This document shows positions 44,999 through 53,465 of a stretch of 64,000 nt of DNA, piece by piece. The translations under genes and the position numbers were made by a program. Position 1 is the stretch's first letter. Each line of letters opens with the position of its first letter. Origin of the DNA: Chlamydiota bacterium (GTDB taxonomy: Bacteria; Chlamydiota; Chlamydiia; Chlamydiales; JAAKFR01); contig JAJFLY010000019.1 in NCBI GenBank assembly GCA_021772455.1, positions 49,578-113,577 on the forward strand. Direction: 5' to 3'. The notes beneath the pieces were generated by a model. It was not told the DNA's origin. It saw nothing but the letters and a program-made list of their open reading frames with translations, and did not search any database.

Positions 44999-46189
44999 AT
45001 GGAAACTACTTTAGAGTCCACCGAACAAAAAAAAGCAAGTGTATGGTCCACGGGTTTGGCTATGTTTGCGATGTTTTTTGGAGCTGGAAACGTCGTTTTT
45101 CCTCTTGCTCTTGGTCAAAGCACTCAAGATAAAAATTTCTTTGGTGTTTCAGGCCTTATCATCACGGCTGTCTTGGTCCCTTTAATGGGTCTCTTGGCAA
45201 TGCTCCTCTATAATGGAAATTACGTCGATTTTTTCCGACGCATAGGCAAAATTCCTGGGTTTCTTCTCATGGCGATGATTTTGGGTTTGATTGGGCCTCT
45301 TGGTGCCCTTCCACGTTGTATCACCATTTCTTTTTCGACGCTTTGCGCGTGTGGATTGACCTGGATGAACTTAACGACGTTTAGCTTGATTAGCTGTATC
45401 ATCATTTTCTTGTTTACCATGCGGCAAAGTCGCATTTTGACTTTGCTCGGGTATGTTTTGACGCCGATTTTATTGCTCTCGCTTGCCTTAATCATTGTAA
45501 AAGGCTTTTTTGGAATATCAGCTCCCGGACCCTCCTCTTTGGGGAGCTTCGAAACCTTTTCACAGGGCTTGCTCGTAGGCTACAGTACCATGGATCTGCT
45601 TGCGACGTTTTTCTTTTCATCGATCGTGTTGCATAGTCTCCGCATGGGGCGCGCAGTTAAGGATGTGCCGAATGATATTGGGCGCCACTTACTGTCTATC
45701 GCCTTTTATGGGAGTGTAATTGCAGCAACTTTGCTTGCAGCTGTTTATTTAAGTTTTTCATACTTAGCAGCTGGCTTTAGTGCTGAATTAGCCGGTGTAT
45801 CGAGCGATCAGATGATTGGGACGCTTGCATACAAGCTCCTCGGTCCTAATGCGGGGATGATCGCCTCTGTTGCAGTTTGCTTTGCCTGCTTGACAACAGA
45901 GATTGCTTTGACTGTTGTTTTTGCTGAGTTCTTGCATGAAACGATTTTCAAAGAAAAACTTTCCTACAAGGTTGCGCTTTTAGTGACCCTTGGGATATCT
46001 TTCTTTATTTCAACTCTGCAGTTCGGTGGGATTTCTGCCTTTCTTGGACCGATTTTACAGGTCTTTTATCCTGCATTGATTGTGTTATGCATACTCAATG
46101 TTTTATATAAAGTATTTGGCTTTAGGCCTGTTAAGAGTATATTTTATGGCACCATTCTTGTGACACTTGCATTGAAACTACTTTTCTAA
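44999..46189 (+). CDS. brnQ: Branched-chain amino acid transport carrier (LIVCS family)
   Basis: 396 aa with about 12 TM helices. The N-terminal signature is GLAMFAMFFGAGNVVFPLALGQ. Confidence 0.85.
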   Translation: METTLESTEQKKASVWSTGLAMFAMFFGAGNVVFPLALGQSTQDKNFFGVSGLIITAVLVPLMGLLAMLLYNGNYVDFFRRIGKIPGFLLMAMILGLIGPLGALPRCITISFSTLCACGLTWMNLTTFSLISCIIIFLFTMRQSRILTLLGYVLTPILLLSLALIIVKGFFGISAPGPSSLGSFETFSQGLLVGYSTMDLLATFFFSSIVLHSLRMGRAVKDVPNDIGRHLLSIAFYGSVIAATLLAAVYLSFSYLAAGFSAELAGVSSDQMIGTLAYKLLGPNAGMIASVAVCFACLTTEIALTVVFAEFLHETIFKEKLSYKVALLVTLGISFFISTLQFGGISAFLGPILQVFYPALIVLCILNVLYKVFGFRPVKSIFYGTILVTLALKLLF

Positions 46190-46215
46190 TTTTTTTTTGA
46201 TTAGAATGATGGGTT

Positions 46216-49200
46216 ATGGAGTTTGAACTCTACAGATCCGATGCCGAGCAGGCTCTTGAACAAGGGCTTGTTAGGGATGTGAACTTCTCGAATGCGACCT
46301 ATCAAATCGAGGTCTACGATCCCGAGCACAAAGAATCCTTTTGGCCCTTTCTTCAGCTAAACGATAAAGGCGGCGTGTGTGATGCTTTTTGTTCGTGCCC
46401 TTCTGAAGATGAAAATGGGTGTGTCCATTTAGCTACAGCTTATCTGAAGATCTTCAACAATAAACAAAAACCGCTCCACTTACGCTTCGAGAATGCTTTT
46501 TGGAATGCTCTATGTGCTCTTAGTGCTGATCATACAGGCTACGAGGGGCATTACCAGTTTGAAAATGAAATAGCCTTCTCCATCCAAGCAAAAAGTGCTG
46601 TTGGCAAGCAACTGCTAAAGGGATGGATAGAAGAGCGTGCGCGCGAAACGCCTGAAAATTCGATCAAGTTTTCCAATGTCTCTCAAGAGGAGATCACTTG
46701 GTGGCGTGAAGGGAGACCTAGCCCCAATTTACGCTACGCCCTCTCTTTTTGGTCCGATCTTGCCAAGTGGGCGCTTGCTCACCAAGACAGTGCAACGATC
46801 GCATTTAAAGAGATCGATGGACTTCCGCTACACATTAACGTCTCTTTTTCCGAGTTTGATATCTTCTGGAAGTTGCGACCACGCGATCTTGAAAAAGTGA
46901 TTGCCACTCTACCGAGTATTGAAAGCCCTTTAAAACTCTTTGCTCGGGGCGCAACAAAGATCGAGTCGATCTCTTTTGATCCAAAAAACCTCTCTTTTAG
47001 TATCGAGCACGGCAAAGAGGGGCCGAAAATTGAGGGAGAGGAGACGAAAAAAATTGGGAAATGGGAATATGTGAGTGGGGTAGGTTTCTCTTTTGGAGCA
47101 GATGAGTCTCTACTAGGGTACACCTTCCTTGAAGGGGAAGATGCACTTCAACTTCTTGCAGATTATGCTGATGAGATTGTTCCGTTTATTCCAGTTAACC
47201 AGCCTCCTATCAAGCTCTCATATTCGATGTTTTTTGATGGGGATTGGAACTGGCATTTTGCTGCTTATCTCTTTGAAAAAGGAGATCTACAACAACCAGG
47301 GGTCGTTTTATTTAAGGAGTGGGCATTTTTCCCTGATCGCGGTTTTTTTCAAGTTGAAGATGTCTTGTTTGAGCAAACAGAAAGAGTTCTCTCCCCTCCC
47401 GAGGTCTCCACTTTTGTCAACCACCATCGCATTTGGCTAAATGGTCAGGAGGGATTCCAAACCCACCTAGCGAGTATCGAGTCGCATGTAACCTATTCGG
47501 TTTCAAAGGAAGGCTCTCTTCGATTCCATACCAAAGCGCATGCTGAATCGACAGATACACACGATTTTGGAGAGTGGGTCTACTACTCAAAGCTCGGATT
47601 TTTCTCTAAGCAACACGCCCGCTCAGGACTAATGGTACGTCCCGGGATTGAGGTTTTAGCGCCCAATGTCTCGCGCTTCATCAAAAAAAATCAAGAGGAG
47701 CTCGAAAGTATTCCTCAGTTTTTTGCCACGAATCTTCCGATTCAGGAGCGTGGATTGGAGCTGACTGTAAAATCGCAAACATCTGTACATGTCAAGCCGG
47801 TTTACAAGGGAGATAAGGGAGTACGCTTCTTTGGAGAATTTATCTTTAAGGAGGGGGAAGGATTTTGTGAGCTCCCGATTCAAATGCGTCTGCCTGAAGA
47901 ATATAAAGAGGAACAGGTGATTGGCCACGATGAGCTTGCGACTTTTCTCTTTGATGATTTACCTCAGCTTATGAAGTACGTTCTGAGGATGGATCCACGT
48001 TTGAAAAGGCCGTTAAAATCCGACCTAGAGGTGAGCTACCTCGTGCGTACAGGGCGTGGTGGGCTTAAAGCTCGGCTGGCATTTCTAACCGAAAACGGGA
48101 CGATTCCGGTCTCACAAATTGCTGCTGGGTATGAGAAAAAGCGCCGCTACCTCTTTACAGATGGGGGGCTTCTCGATCTGCGCGATCAAGATTATCAATG
48201 GATCCGTGAGTTAACTAATCCTGTGCATTCCGAGTTACAAACGGTGCAGTTGACCACACTCGAATTTATTAAACTCGACGCCACCTTTTCATTGTTAGGA
48301 CCTCCTGAGGGGGATGCTACCTCCCAAATTACACGTAATTTACTTCGCGAACTGCGTGAATTTAGTTCACATGAGCAAGCTAATACACGCGGATTAGAGA
48401 GTGAGCTTCGGCAATATCAGCACACAGGACTTCAGTGGCTTTGGTTTTTGTATAAGAACGGACTTTCCGCTTTGCTTTGCGACGACATGGGTTTAGGAAA
48501 AACCCACCAAGCGATGGCTTTGATAGCTGCGACGCTTAATCAAAAAGATGATGAGAAGAAACGCTTTTTGGTCGTGTGTCCAACGTCGGTCATCTACCAT
48601 TGGCAGGATAAGCTGGAAACTTTTTTACCCAAAATAAAAGTGCATACTTTTCATGGGCTAAAGCGGTCGTTGAAACGCCTTCCCAAGGAGGGGGTAATTC
48701 TCACCACGTATGGGATTCTTCGTATGGAGAAGGCTGCGATCGAAAAAATCCCCTTTGAAGTTGCTGTATTCGATGAAATCCAGGTCGCAAAAAACGCTAC
48801 GAGTCGTGTCCATAGCGCCCTTACCCATGTTCAGGCACGGATGCGGATCGGTTTGACAGGAACACCCATCGAGAATAATTTGCGAGAGCTCAAAGCTCTT
48901 TTTGATATCGTGCTTCCTGGCTATATGCCCTCTGAAGCGCGCTTTCGCGAGCTATTTGTCAATCCCATCGAGCGAGATCTCGATGAGGAGAAAAAGACTC
49001 TACTTACTCAATTGATCCGTCCTTTCGTTTTAAGGCGGCGCAAGAGCGAGGTATTACAAGAGCTGCCCGAGAAAAGCGAAGATAAATCGTATTGTGATCT
49101 TTCAACTGAGCAAGCGACGCTCTATCAAGATAGTTTGTCTGCAAATCGTGATGAATTGATCACGCAGCTTAGAGATCGCGACACAAAAGTGAGTTTTATG

Positions 49201-49827
49201 CATGTCTTTGCATTGCTATCGCGCTTAAAACAAATTTGCAACCACCCCGCGCTTGTTGAGAAGGATCCCAAAAACTATAAAAAATACACATCGGGCAAGT
49301 GGGATCTTTTTGTCGATTTACTTGAGGAGGCGCGTGAGAGTGGTCAAAAAGTTGTCGTTTTTTCACAATATCTCTACATGCTTGACATCATGGAAAATTA
49401 TATTAAAGAACGTGGGTGGGGATTCGCTCAAATTCGTGGCGATACGATTAACCGACGCGATGAGTTAAAACGGTTTCAGGAAGATCCTGATTGTCTTGTC
49501 TTTATTGGTTCGCTCCAAGCTGCCGGTTTGGGGATCGACTTGACCGCTGCAAGCGTTGTGATCATGTACGATCGATGGTGGAACGCGGCGCGCGAAAATC
49601 AGGCGATCGACCGTGTCCACAGGATGGGACAGAAGTGGGGTGTGCAGGTCTACAAGCTCATCACAAAAGGGACGATTGAGGAGAAGATCGACAAGATGAT
49701 CACCAAGAAAGGGCAGCTTCTAGAGGATATCGTGACAGCAGATGATCAGGGCGTGCTCAAGAAGTTCTCGCGCTCCGAGCTGATCGATCTGCTCTCATAC
49801 GATGTTCATGGATCAGAATCCGACTGA
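46216..49827 (+). CDS. SWIM zinc-finger / SNF2-family helicase
   Basis: 1,203 aa. It has the SWIM motif CSCPSEDENGCVHLATAY and the SNF2 motifs LCDDMGLGKTHQ, VFDEIQVAKN, GTPIENN and QAIDRVHRMGQ. Confidence 0.9.
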   Translation: MEFELYRSDAEQALEQGLVRDVNFSNATYQIEVYDPEHKESFWPFLQLNDKGGVCDAFCSCPSEDENGCVHLATAYLKIFNNKQKPLHLRFENAFWNALCALSADHTGYEGHYQFENEIAFSIQAKSAVGKQLLKGWIEERARETPENSIKFSNVSQEEITWWREGRPSPNLRYALSFWSDLAKWALAHQDSATIAFKEIDGLPLHINVSFSEFDIFWKLRPRDLEKVIATLPSIESPLKLFARGATKIESISFDPKNLSFSIEHGKEGPKIEGEETKKIGKWEYVSGVGFSFGADESLLGYTFLEGEDALQLLADYADEIVPFIPVNQPPIKLSYSMFFDGDWNWHFAAYLFEKGDLQQPGVVLFKEWAFFPDRGFFQVEDVLFEQTERVLSPPEVSTFVNHHRIWLNGQEGFQTHLASIESHVTYSVSKEGSLRFHTKAHAESTDTHDFGEWVYYSKLGFFSKQHARSGLMVRPGIEVLAPNVSRFIKKNQEELESIPQFFATNLPIQERGLELTVKSQTSVHVKPVYKGDKGVRFFGEFIFKEGEGFCELPIQMRLPEEYKEEQVIGHDELATFLFDDLPQLMKYVLRMDPRLKRPLKSDLEVSYLVRTGRGGLKARLAFLTENGTIPVSQIAAGYEKKRRYLFTDGGLLDLRDQDYQWIRELTNPVHSELQTVQLTTLEFIKLDATFSLLGPPEGDATSQITRNLLRELREFSSHEQANTRGLESELRQYQHTGLQWLWFLYKNGLSALLCDDMGLGKTHQAMALIAATLNQKDDEKKRFLVVCPTSVIYHWQDKLETFLPKIKVHTFHGLKRSLKRLPKEGVILTTYGILRMEKAAIEKIPFEVAVFDEIQVAKNATSRVHSALTHVQARMRIGLTGTPIENNLRELKALFDIVLPGYMPSEARFRELFVNPIERDLDEEKKTLLTQLIRPFVLRRRKSEVLQELPEKSEDKSYCDLSTEQATLYQDSLSANRDELITQLRDRDTKVSFMHVFALLSRLKQICNHPALVEKDPKNYKKYTSGKWDLFVDLLEEARESGQKVVVFSQYLYMLDIMENYIKERGWGFAQIRGDTINRRDELKRFQEDPDCLVFIGSLQAAGLGIDLTAASVVIMYDRWWNAARENQAIDRVHRMGQKWGVQVYKLITKGTIEEKIDKMITKKGQLLEDIVTADDQGVLKKFSRSELIDLLSYDVHGSESD

Positions 49828-50898
49828 TACACCCGCTGTTAAGCCACCAAGGGCGAGGCCACCTGTTTGGTGTGCTGACATCGTATCATCAGGAGCAGCC
49901 GAGTCTCTTGTTGTATATTGATTAATTTGTACCCCGTTCAGAAAGTACTGTGTTTCCCACCCTACGCGCGCACAGACATTGGTACAGTAAATTTTCCTTT
50001 CCCAGTTTGCCCCTAAAAACACTTCAAACATCGGAGTTACGGTTCGAACGGCATTCTTAATAGAACTTCTTGTGGCACCATTAGTTTGAATACCTCGCTG
50101 AAAGATATCAAGATGCGACCATAAAATATCAAGATTGGACCATGCTAATAAGCTGATTCCATAACAAACATTCCATTGTGTTGAAAGTCCTGCCCGAATC
50201 CCGCCCCCTTTAAGATCGATGGAATTTTTTGATAAAATCGGTGTTACGAGGTCTCCTCCTACATAATTTACATTCAAATCTTGATCCATCCAGATTCCGC
50301 GCAATCCAATAGAGGAGCTGAGCATAAGCCTCTTCATGGGACAGAATGTACGTTCAAGGGAGAAGTCTGCGATATTTAAATCGATAGTATAATCCGCTTC
50401 TGCCAACGTTACAAACGGATTGCCTGTAGGATCTATCCAAATAGGAATAAGGAATCCTCCTTGAGCTGTATCAGTGGAATTTCCGTGGTAATAGGTCCAT
50501 TCTGCTGAAAAATACCAACAATCGAAACATGGAGGTATTGTTCCTAATCCGATGCGCACTCCCGATGCAAATCCAGGTTCAATATTTTCAACTTTATAAG
50601 CATTTAACTGACCTGGTATCGCTGTTTGCGAAATCGTGTAAGGGAGTTCATCGGAGCGCGCTTGCCAAAAGAGATAATCAGCTGTCACATACAGGTTCCA
50701 GCAGCATGGGTTGCACACTTGAGGCGCGCATTCGGCTCCATAGCTGTAAAGATATGTATTGGGCTCACAGATCTCGACCCAATTTTCAAAGTCCTCGCAG
50801 TATTCTTGGGCTTTGTTTTCGATGTATTCATTAGCTACAATTTGGTGTGCAAAGCTTAATACAAGAGCGGCACAAATTAGAGTCAGTGGACGGTACAT
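49813..50898 (-). CDS. Cys-rich MOMP-like outer-membrane beta-barrel (porin) paralog 1
   Basis: 361 aa with a signal peptide. It has a Cys-rich N-terminal region, the motif ADYLFWQARSDELPY, alternating beta-strand patterns and the C-terminal GVSVGF with a terminal Phe. Confidence 0.8.
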   Translation of the reverse strand: MYRPLTLICAALVLSFAHQIVANEYIENKAQEYCEDFENWVEICEPNTYLYSYGAECAPQVCNPCCWNLYVTADYLFWQARSDELPYTISQTAIPGQLNAYKVENIEPGFASGVRIGLGTIPPCFDCWYFSAEWTYYHGNSTDTAQGGFLIPIWIDPTGNPFVTLAEADYTIDLNIADFSLERTFCPMKRLMLSSSIGLRGIWMDQDLNVNYVGGDLVTPILSKNSIDLKGGGIRAGLSTQWNVCYGISLLAWSNLDILWSHLDIFQRGIQTNGATRSSIKNAVRTVTPMFEVFLGANWERKIYCTNVCARVGWETQYFLNGVQINQYTTRDSAAPDDTMSAHQTGGLALGGLTAGVSVGF

Positions 50899-50940
50899 TA
50901 GAATTCTCCCATTCGTTTGTGGTATGGGAGAATTCTAATG
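50896..50940 (-). promoter_or_regulatory. Perfect 16-bp hairpin enclosing the RBS and ATG of porin paralog 1
   Basis: The arms 50896-50911 (cattagaattctccca) and 50925-50940 (tgggagaattctaatg) are exact reverse complements, with a 13-nt loop. On the mRNA, the 3' arm contains the SD GGGAGA and the start codon. Confidence 0.7.
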
Positions 50941-50968
50941 AGTGGCTAGATAAAAACGAATCCTTTTT

Positions 50969-52045
50969 TTAAAAGCCGATTGAGAGGCCGGCTGTTAGGC
51001 CTCCAAGACCTAAACCACCAGTTTGGTGAGCTATTGGAGAGGGTGCAGTAGTGTTTTCAGTAAGCATATTGAACTGTACTGCATTTAGAAAGTACTGTTC
51101 TTCCCATCCAACCCGAGCACTAACATTTGTGCAGCAAACCTTCCTTTCCCATCTCGCTCCTAGAAACCATTCGAATACAGGGATGACTGTATAGAGGGCA
51201 TCCTTGGTGGCATCTCTAGTTGTTCCATCAGAGTTTGCGATAGATCTCTGAGAAACATCGAGATAAGTCCATAAAACATCAAAATTTGACCATGCTAAGA
51301 GACTAAAACCGTAACAAATATCCCATTTTGTAGAGAGTCCTGTTCGTAGCCCCCCACCTTTGAGGTTGATTGAATTTTTTGAAAAAATCCCAGCTCCCAG
51401 GTTTCCTCCCGTAAAGTTAGCATCCAAATCTTGGTCTAGCCAGATGCCACGCACTCCAATAGAAGGGCTTAAAGTCAAGCGTCTTAAGGGGCAAAACGTC
51501 TTTTCTATAGATAGGTCCGCAATGTTAAGCTCTAATCGGTATTCGGCTTCTGCTAGGTCTGCAGAAGGCCCCCCCTGTGGATCAATATAAAGTGGAATCG
51601 TGTTGCCAATTTTGTTAGCAGTATCTGTTGATTTTGAGTGGTAATAGGTCCACTCAGCTGAAAGATACCAACAATCGAAACAAGGAAGCAATGTTCCCAA
51701 TCCAAGGCGAACTCCGGATGAGAAATCGGGGTCAACACGCTGTATTTTTGATTCAGGCAATGTACTTGGGAGTATGGTGCGTGTAAAGGCATAGGCGAGT
51801 TGATCTGAGCGTGCTTGCCAAAAGAGATAATCGGCGTTTAGAAAGATATTCCAGCAGCACGGCTCGCAGGAAGGTGCGCAGTCATCTGCTGCATAGCAAG
51901 GAATGTAGAAGGGCTCACAGGGCTCGCTCTCCACATATTCGTAACATCCATCGTCGTCGTAATAATAGTCTTCAGCAAGCAAGTTTTGGCATGTAAAAAC
52001 CAATACAGATAGCATTAAAAAACGGTAAAGCATGAGTCCTCTCAT
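50969..52045 (-). CDS. Cys-rich MOMP-like outer-membrane beta-barrel (porin) paralog 2
   Basis: 358 aa and collinear with paralog 1 (ADYLFWQARSDQLAY, C-terminal GLSIGF). Alignment to paralog 1 favours the second ATG at 52033 as the start. Confidence 0.8.
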   Translation of the reverse strand: MRGLMLYRFLMLSVLVFTCQNLLAEDYYYDDDGCYEYVESEPCEPFYIPCYAADDCAPSCEPCCWNIFLNADYLFWQARSDQLAYAFTRTILPSTLPESKIQRVDPDFSSGVRLGLGTLLPCFDCWYLSAEWTYYHSKSTDTANKIGNTIPLYIDPQGGPSADLAEAEYRLELNIADLSIEKTFCPLRRLTLSPSIGVRGIWLDQDLDANFTGGNLGAGIFSKNSINLKGGGLRTGLSTKWDICYGFSLLAWSNFDVLWTYLDVSQRSIANSDGTTRDATKDALYTVIPVFEWFLGARWERKVCCTNVSARVGWEEQYFLNAVQFNMLTENTTAPSPIAHQTGGLGLGGLTAGLSIGF

Positions 52046-52077
52046 TGTGCATATTTAAACTGCATGCTAATGAGAGG
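52038..52077 (-). promoter_or_regulatory. Imperfect hairpin covering the RBS/start region of porin paralog 2
   Basis: A 9-bp stem pairs cctctcatt (52038-52046) with aatgagagg (52069-52077). After a small bulge, 4 more base pairs form (gcat/atgc). It encloses ATG 52045 and the GAGAGGA sequence upstream of ATG 52033. Confidence 0.5.
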
Positions 52078-52092
52078 GAATTAAAACTCAAA

Positions 52093-53406
52093 CTAAATTT
52101 TAGCTCTTTTAGGTTTGCCACGCAAGTGGAGCTGAAGCGGAGTTCCTGAATAGGTGTATTGTTTGCGAAACTGGTTGATCAGATAACGCTTATAGGATTC
52201 AGGCATTAGGGTGGGGTTGTTGACAAAGAGGACAAATTTTGGAGGCTGCACGTCAACTTGTGTCATGTAGTAGACGCGTAGCCGTTTTCCTGTGAGCATC
52301 GGAGGGTGGTTGATCTGCATCGCCCGCTCGACAAAGGTATTGAGCTGGTGGGTTGAGATCCGAGTCTTTGATGCCTCGTAGACGCGTTGCACCTCAGGGA
52401 AGATCTTGTCGAGATTGCGCGCAGTGAGGGCTGAAATAAAGAGGATTGGGCAGTGGGATAAAAAGGGACACTCGGTGTAGAGCGCTTGCAAGCAGTGCTC
52501 CATCCGGAAGCCTTCCACTAAATCCCATTTGTTCATGACAACAATACAGCTTTTCCCCGATTGTTCGATTTGGGTGGCAATCTTTTTCTCTTGAGAGGTC
52601 ATTCCTTCCTGCACATCGAAAAGGAGAATGCACACATCTGAGCGTTCGATGGCTCGTTCGGTGCGAAGCGCTGCAAATTTATCGACCACTGCGTGTTCCG
52701 CTTTTTTGCGCCGAATTCCAGCTGTATCTATAAGGGTGTACTTTTGCCCTTCGACTGTGATTGGAATATCGACACTATCACGCGTTGTTCCGGCGATTGT
52801 ACTAACAACGCATCGGTCTTCCTTTAAAAGGGTGTTGACGAGCGTTGATTTTCCCACATTGGCTCTGCCGATAACAGAGAGCTGAATACCGTGCTCTGTT
52901 GCCCGCTCTTCTTTTGGGGTAAAACCTTCCCAGGCCATCTCAAGGAGTTCAGCGATTTGGTACCCTTGGATTGCGGAAATGCCGATCACTTTGGAGATGC
53001 CAAGAGGATAGAAAGCGTGGATCCGCGATTCATGGGTGTGGTCGTCGATTTTGTTGACAGCAAGCGTTATGGGCTTTCCTGTTTTCAGAAGCTCTCTTGC
53101 AAGTTCTTCGTCAAGCTCGGTAATTCCAACGCGTGAATCGACTACCATCACGATACAGTCGGCCTCTTCGATAGCGATCTCTGCTTGCTGGCGAATTTCA
53201 TCACGGAATTGATCGGGAGAACGGGGATCGATCCCACCTGTGTCGATCACTTCAAACGATATGCCAAAGCATTCGGCCTCGGCATAGAGGCGATCACGTG
53301 TGATTCCCTCAGCTTCATCGACAATAGCAATGCGCTTTTTACAGACCCTATTAAATAGGGCTGATTTTCCAACATTTGGTCTTCCGACAATGGCTAACTT
53401 ATACAT
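52093..53406 (-). CDS. der: Ribosome-associated GTPase Der (EngA)
   Basis: It has tandem G domains (GRPNVGKSALFN and GRANVGKSTLVN, with DTGG and DTAG) and a KH-like C-terminus. Confidence 0.92.
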   Translation of the reverse strand: MYKLAIVGRPNVGKSALFNRVCKKRIAIVDEAEGITRDRLYAEAECFGISFEVIDTGGIDPRSPDQFRDEIRQQAEIAIEEADCIVMVVDSRVGITELDEELARELLKTGKPITLAVNKIDDHTHESRIHAFYPLGISKVIGISAIQGYQIAELLEMAWEGFTPKEERATEHGIQLSVIGRANVGKSTLVNTLLKEDRCVVSTIAGTTRDSVDIPITVEGQKYTLIDTAGIRRKKAEHAVVDKFAALRTERAIERSDVCILLFDVQEGMTSQEKKIATQIEQSGKSCIVVMNKWDLVEGFRMEHCLQALYTECPFLSHCPILFISALTARNLDKIFPEVQRVYEASKTRISTHQLNTFVERAMQINHPPMLTGKRLRVYYMTQVDVQPPKFVLFVNNPTLMPESYKRYLINQFRKQYTYSGTPLQLHLRGKPKRAKI

Positions 53407-53465
53407 AGGTTGAATATTATAATAAAAATGGTATTAATTAGGGTTGTTTAAAATTTTTTGTGTGT

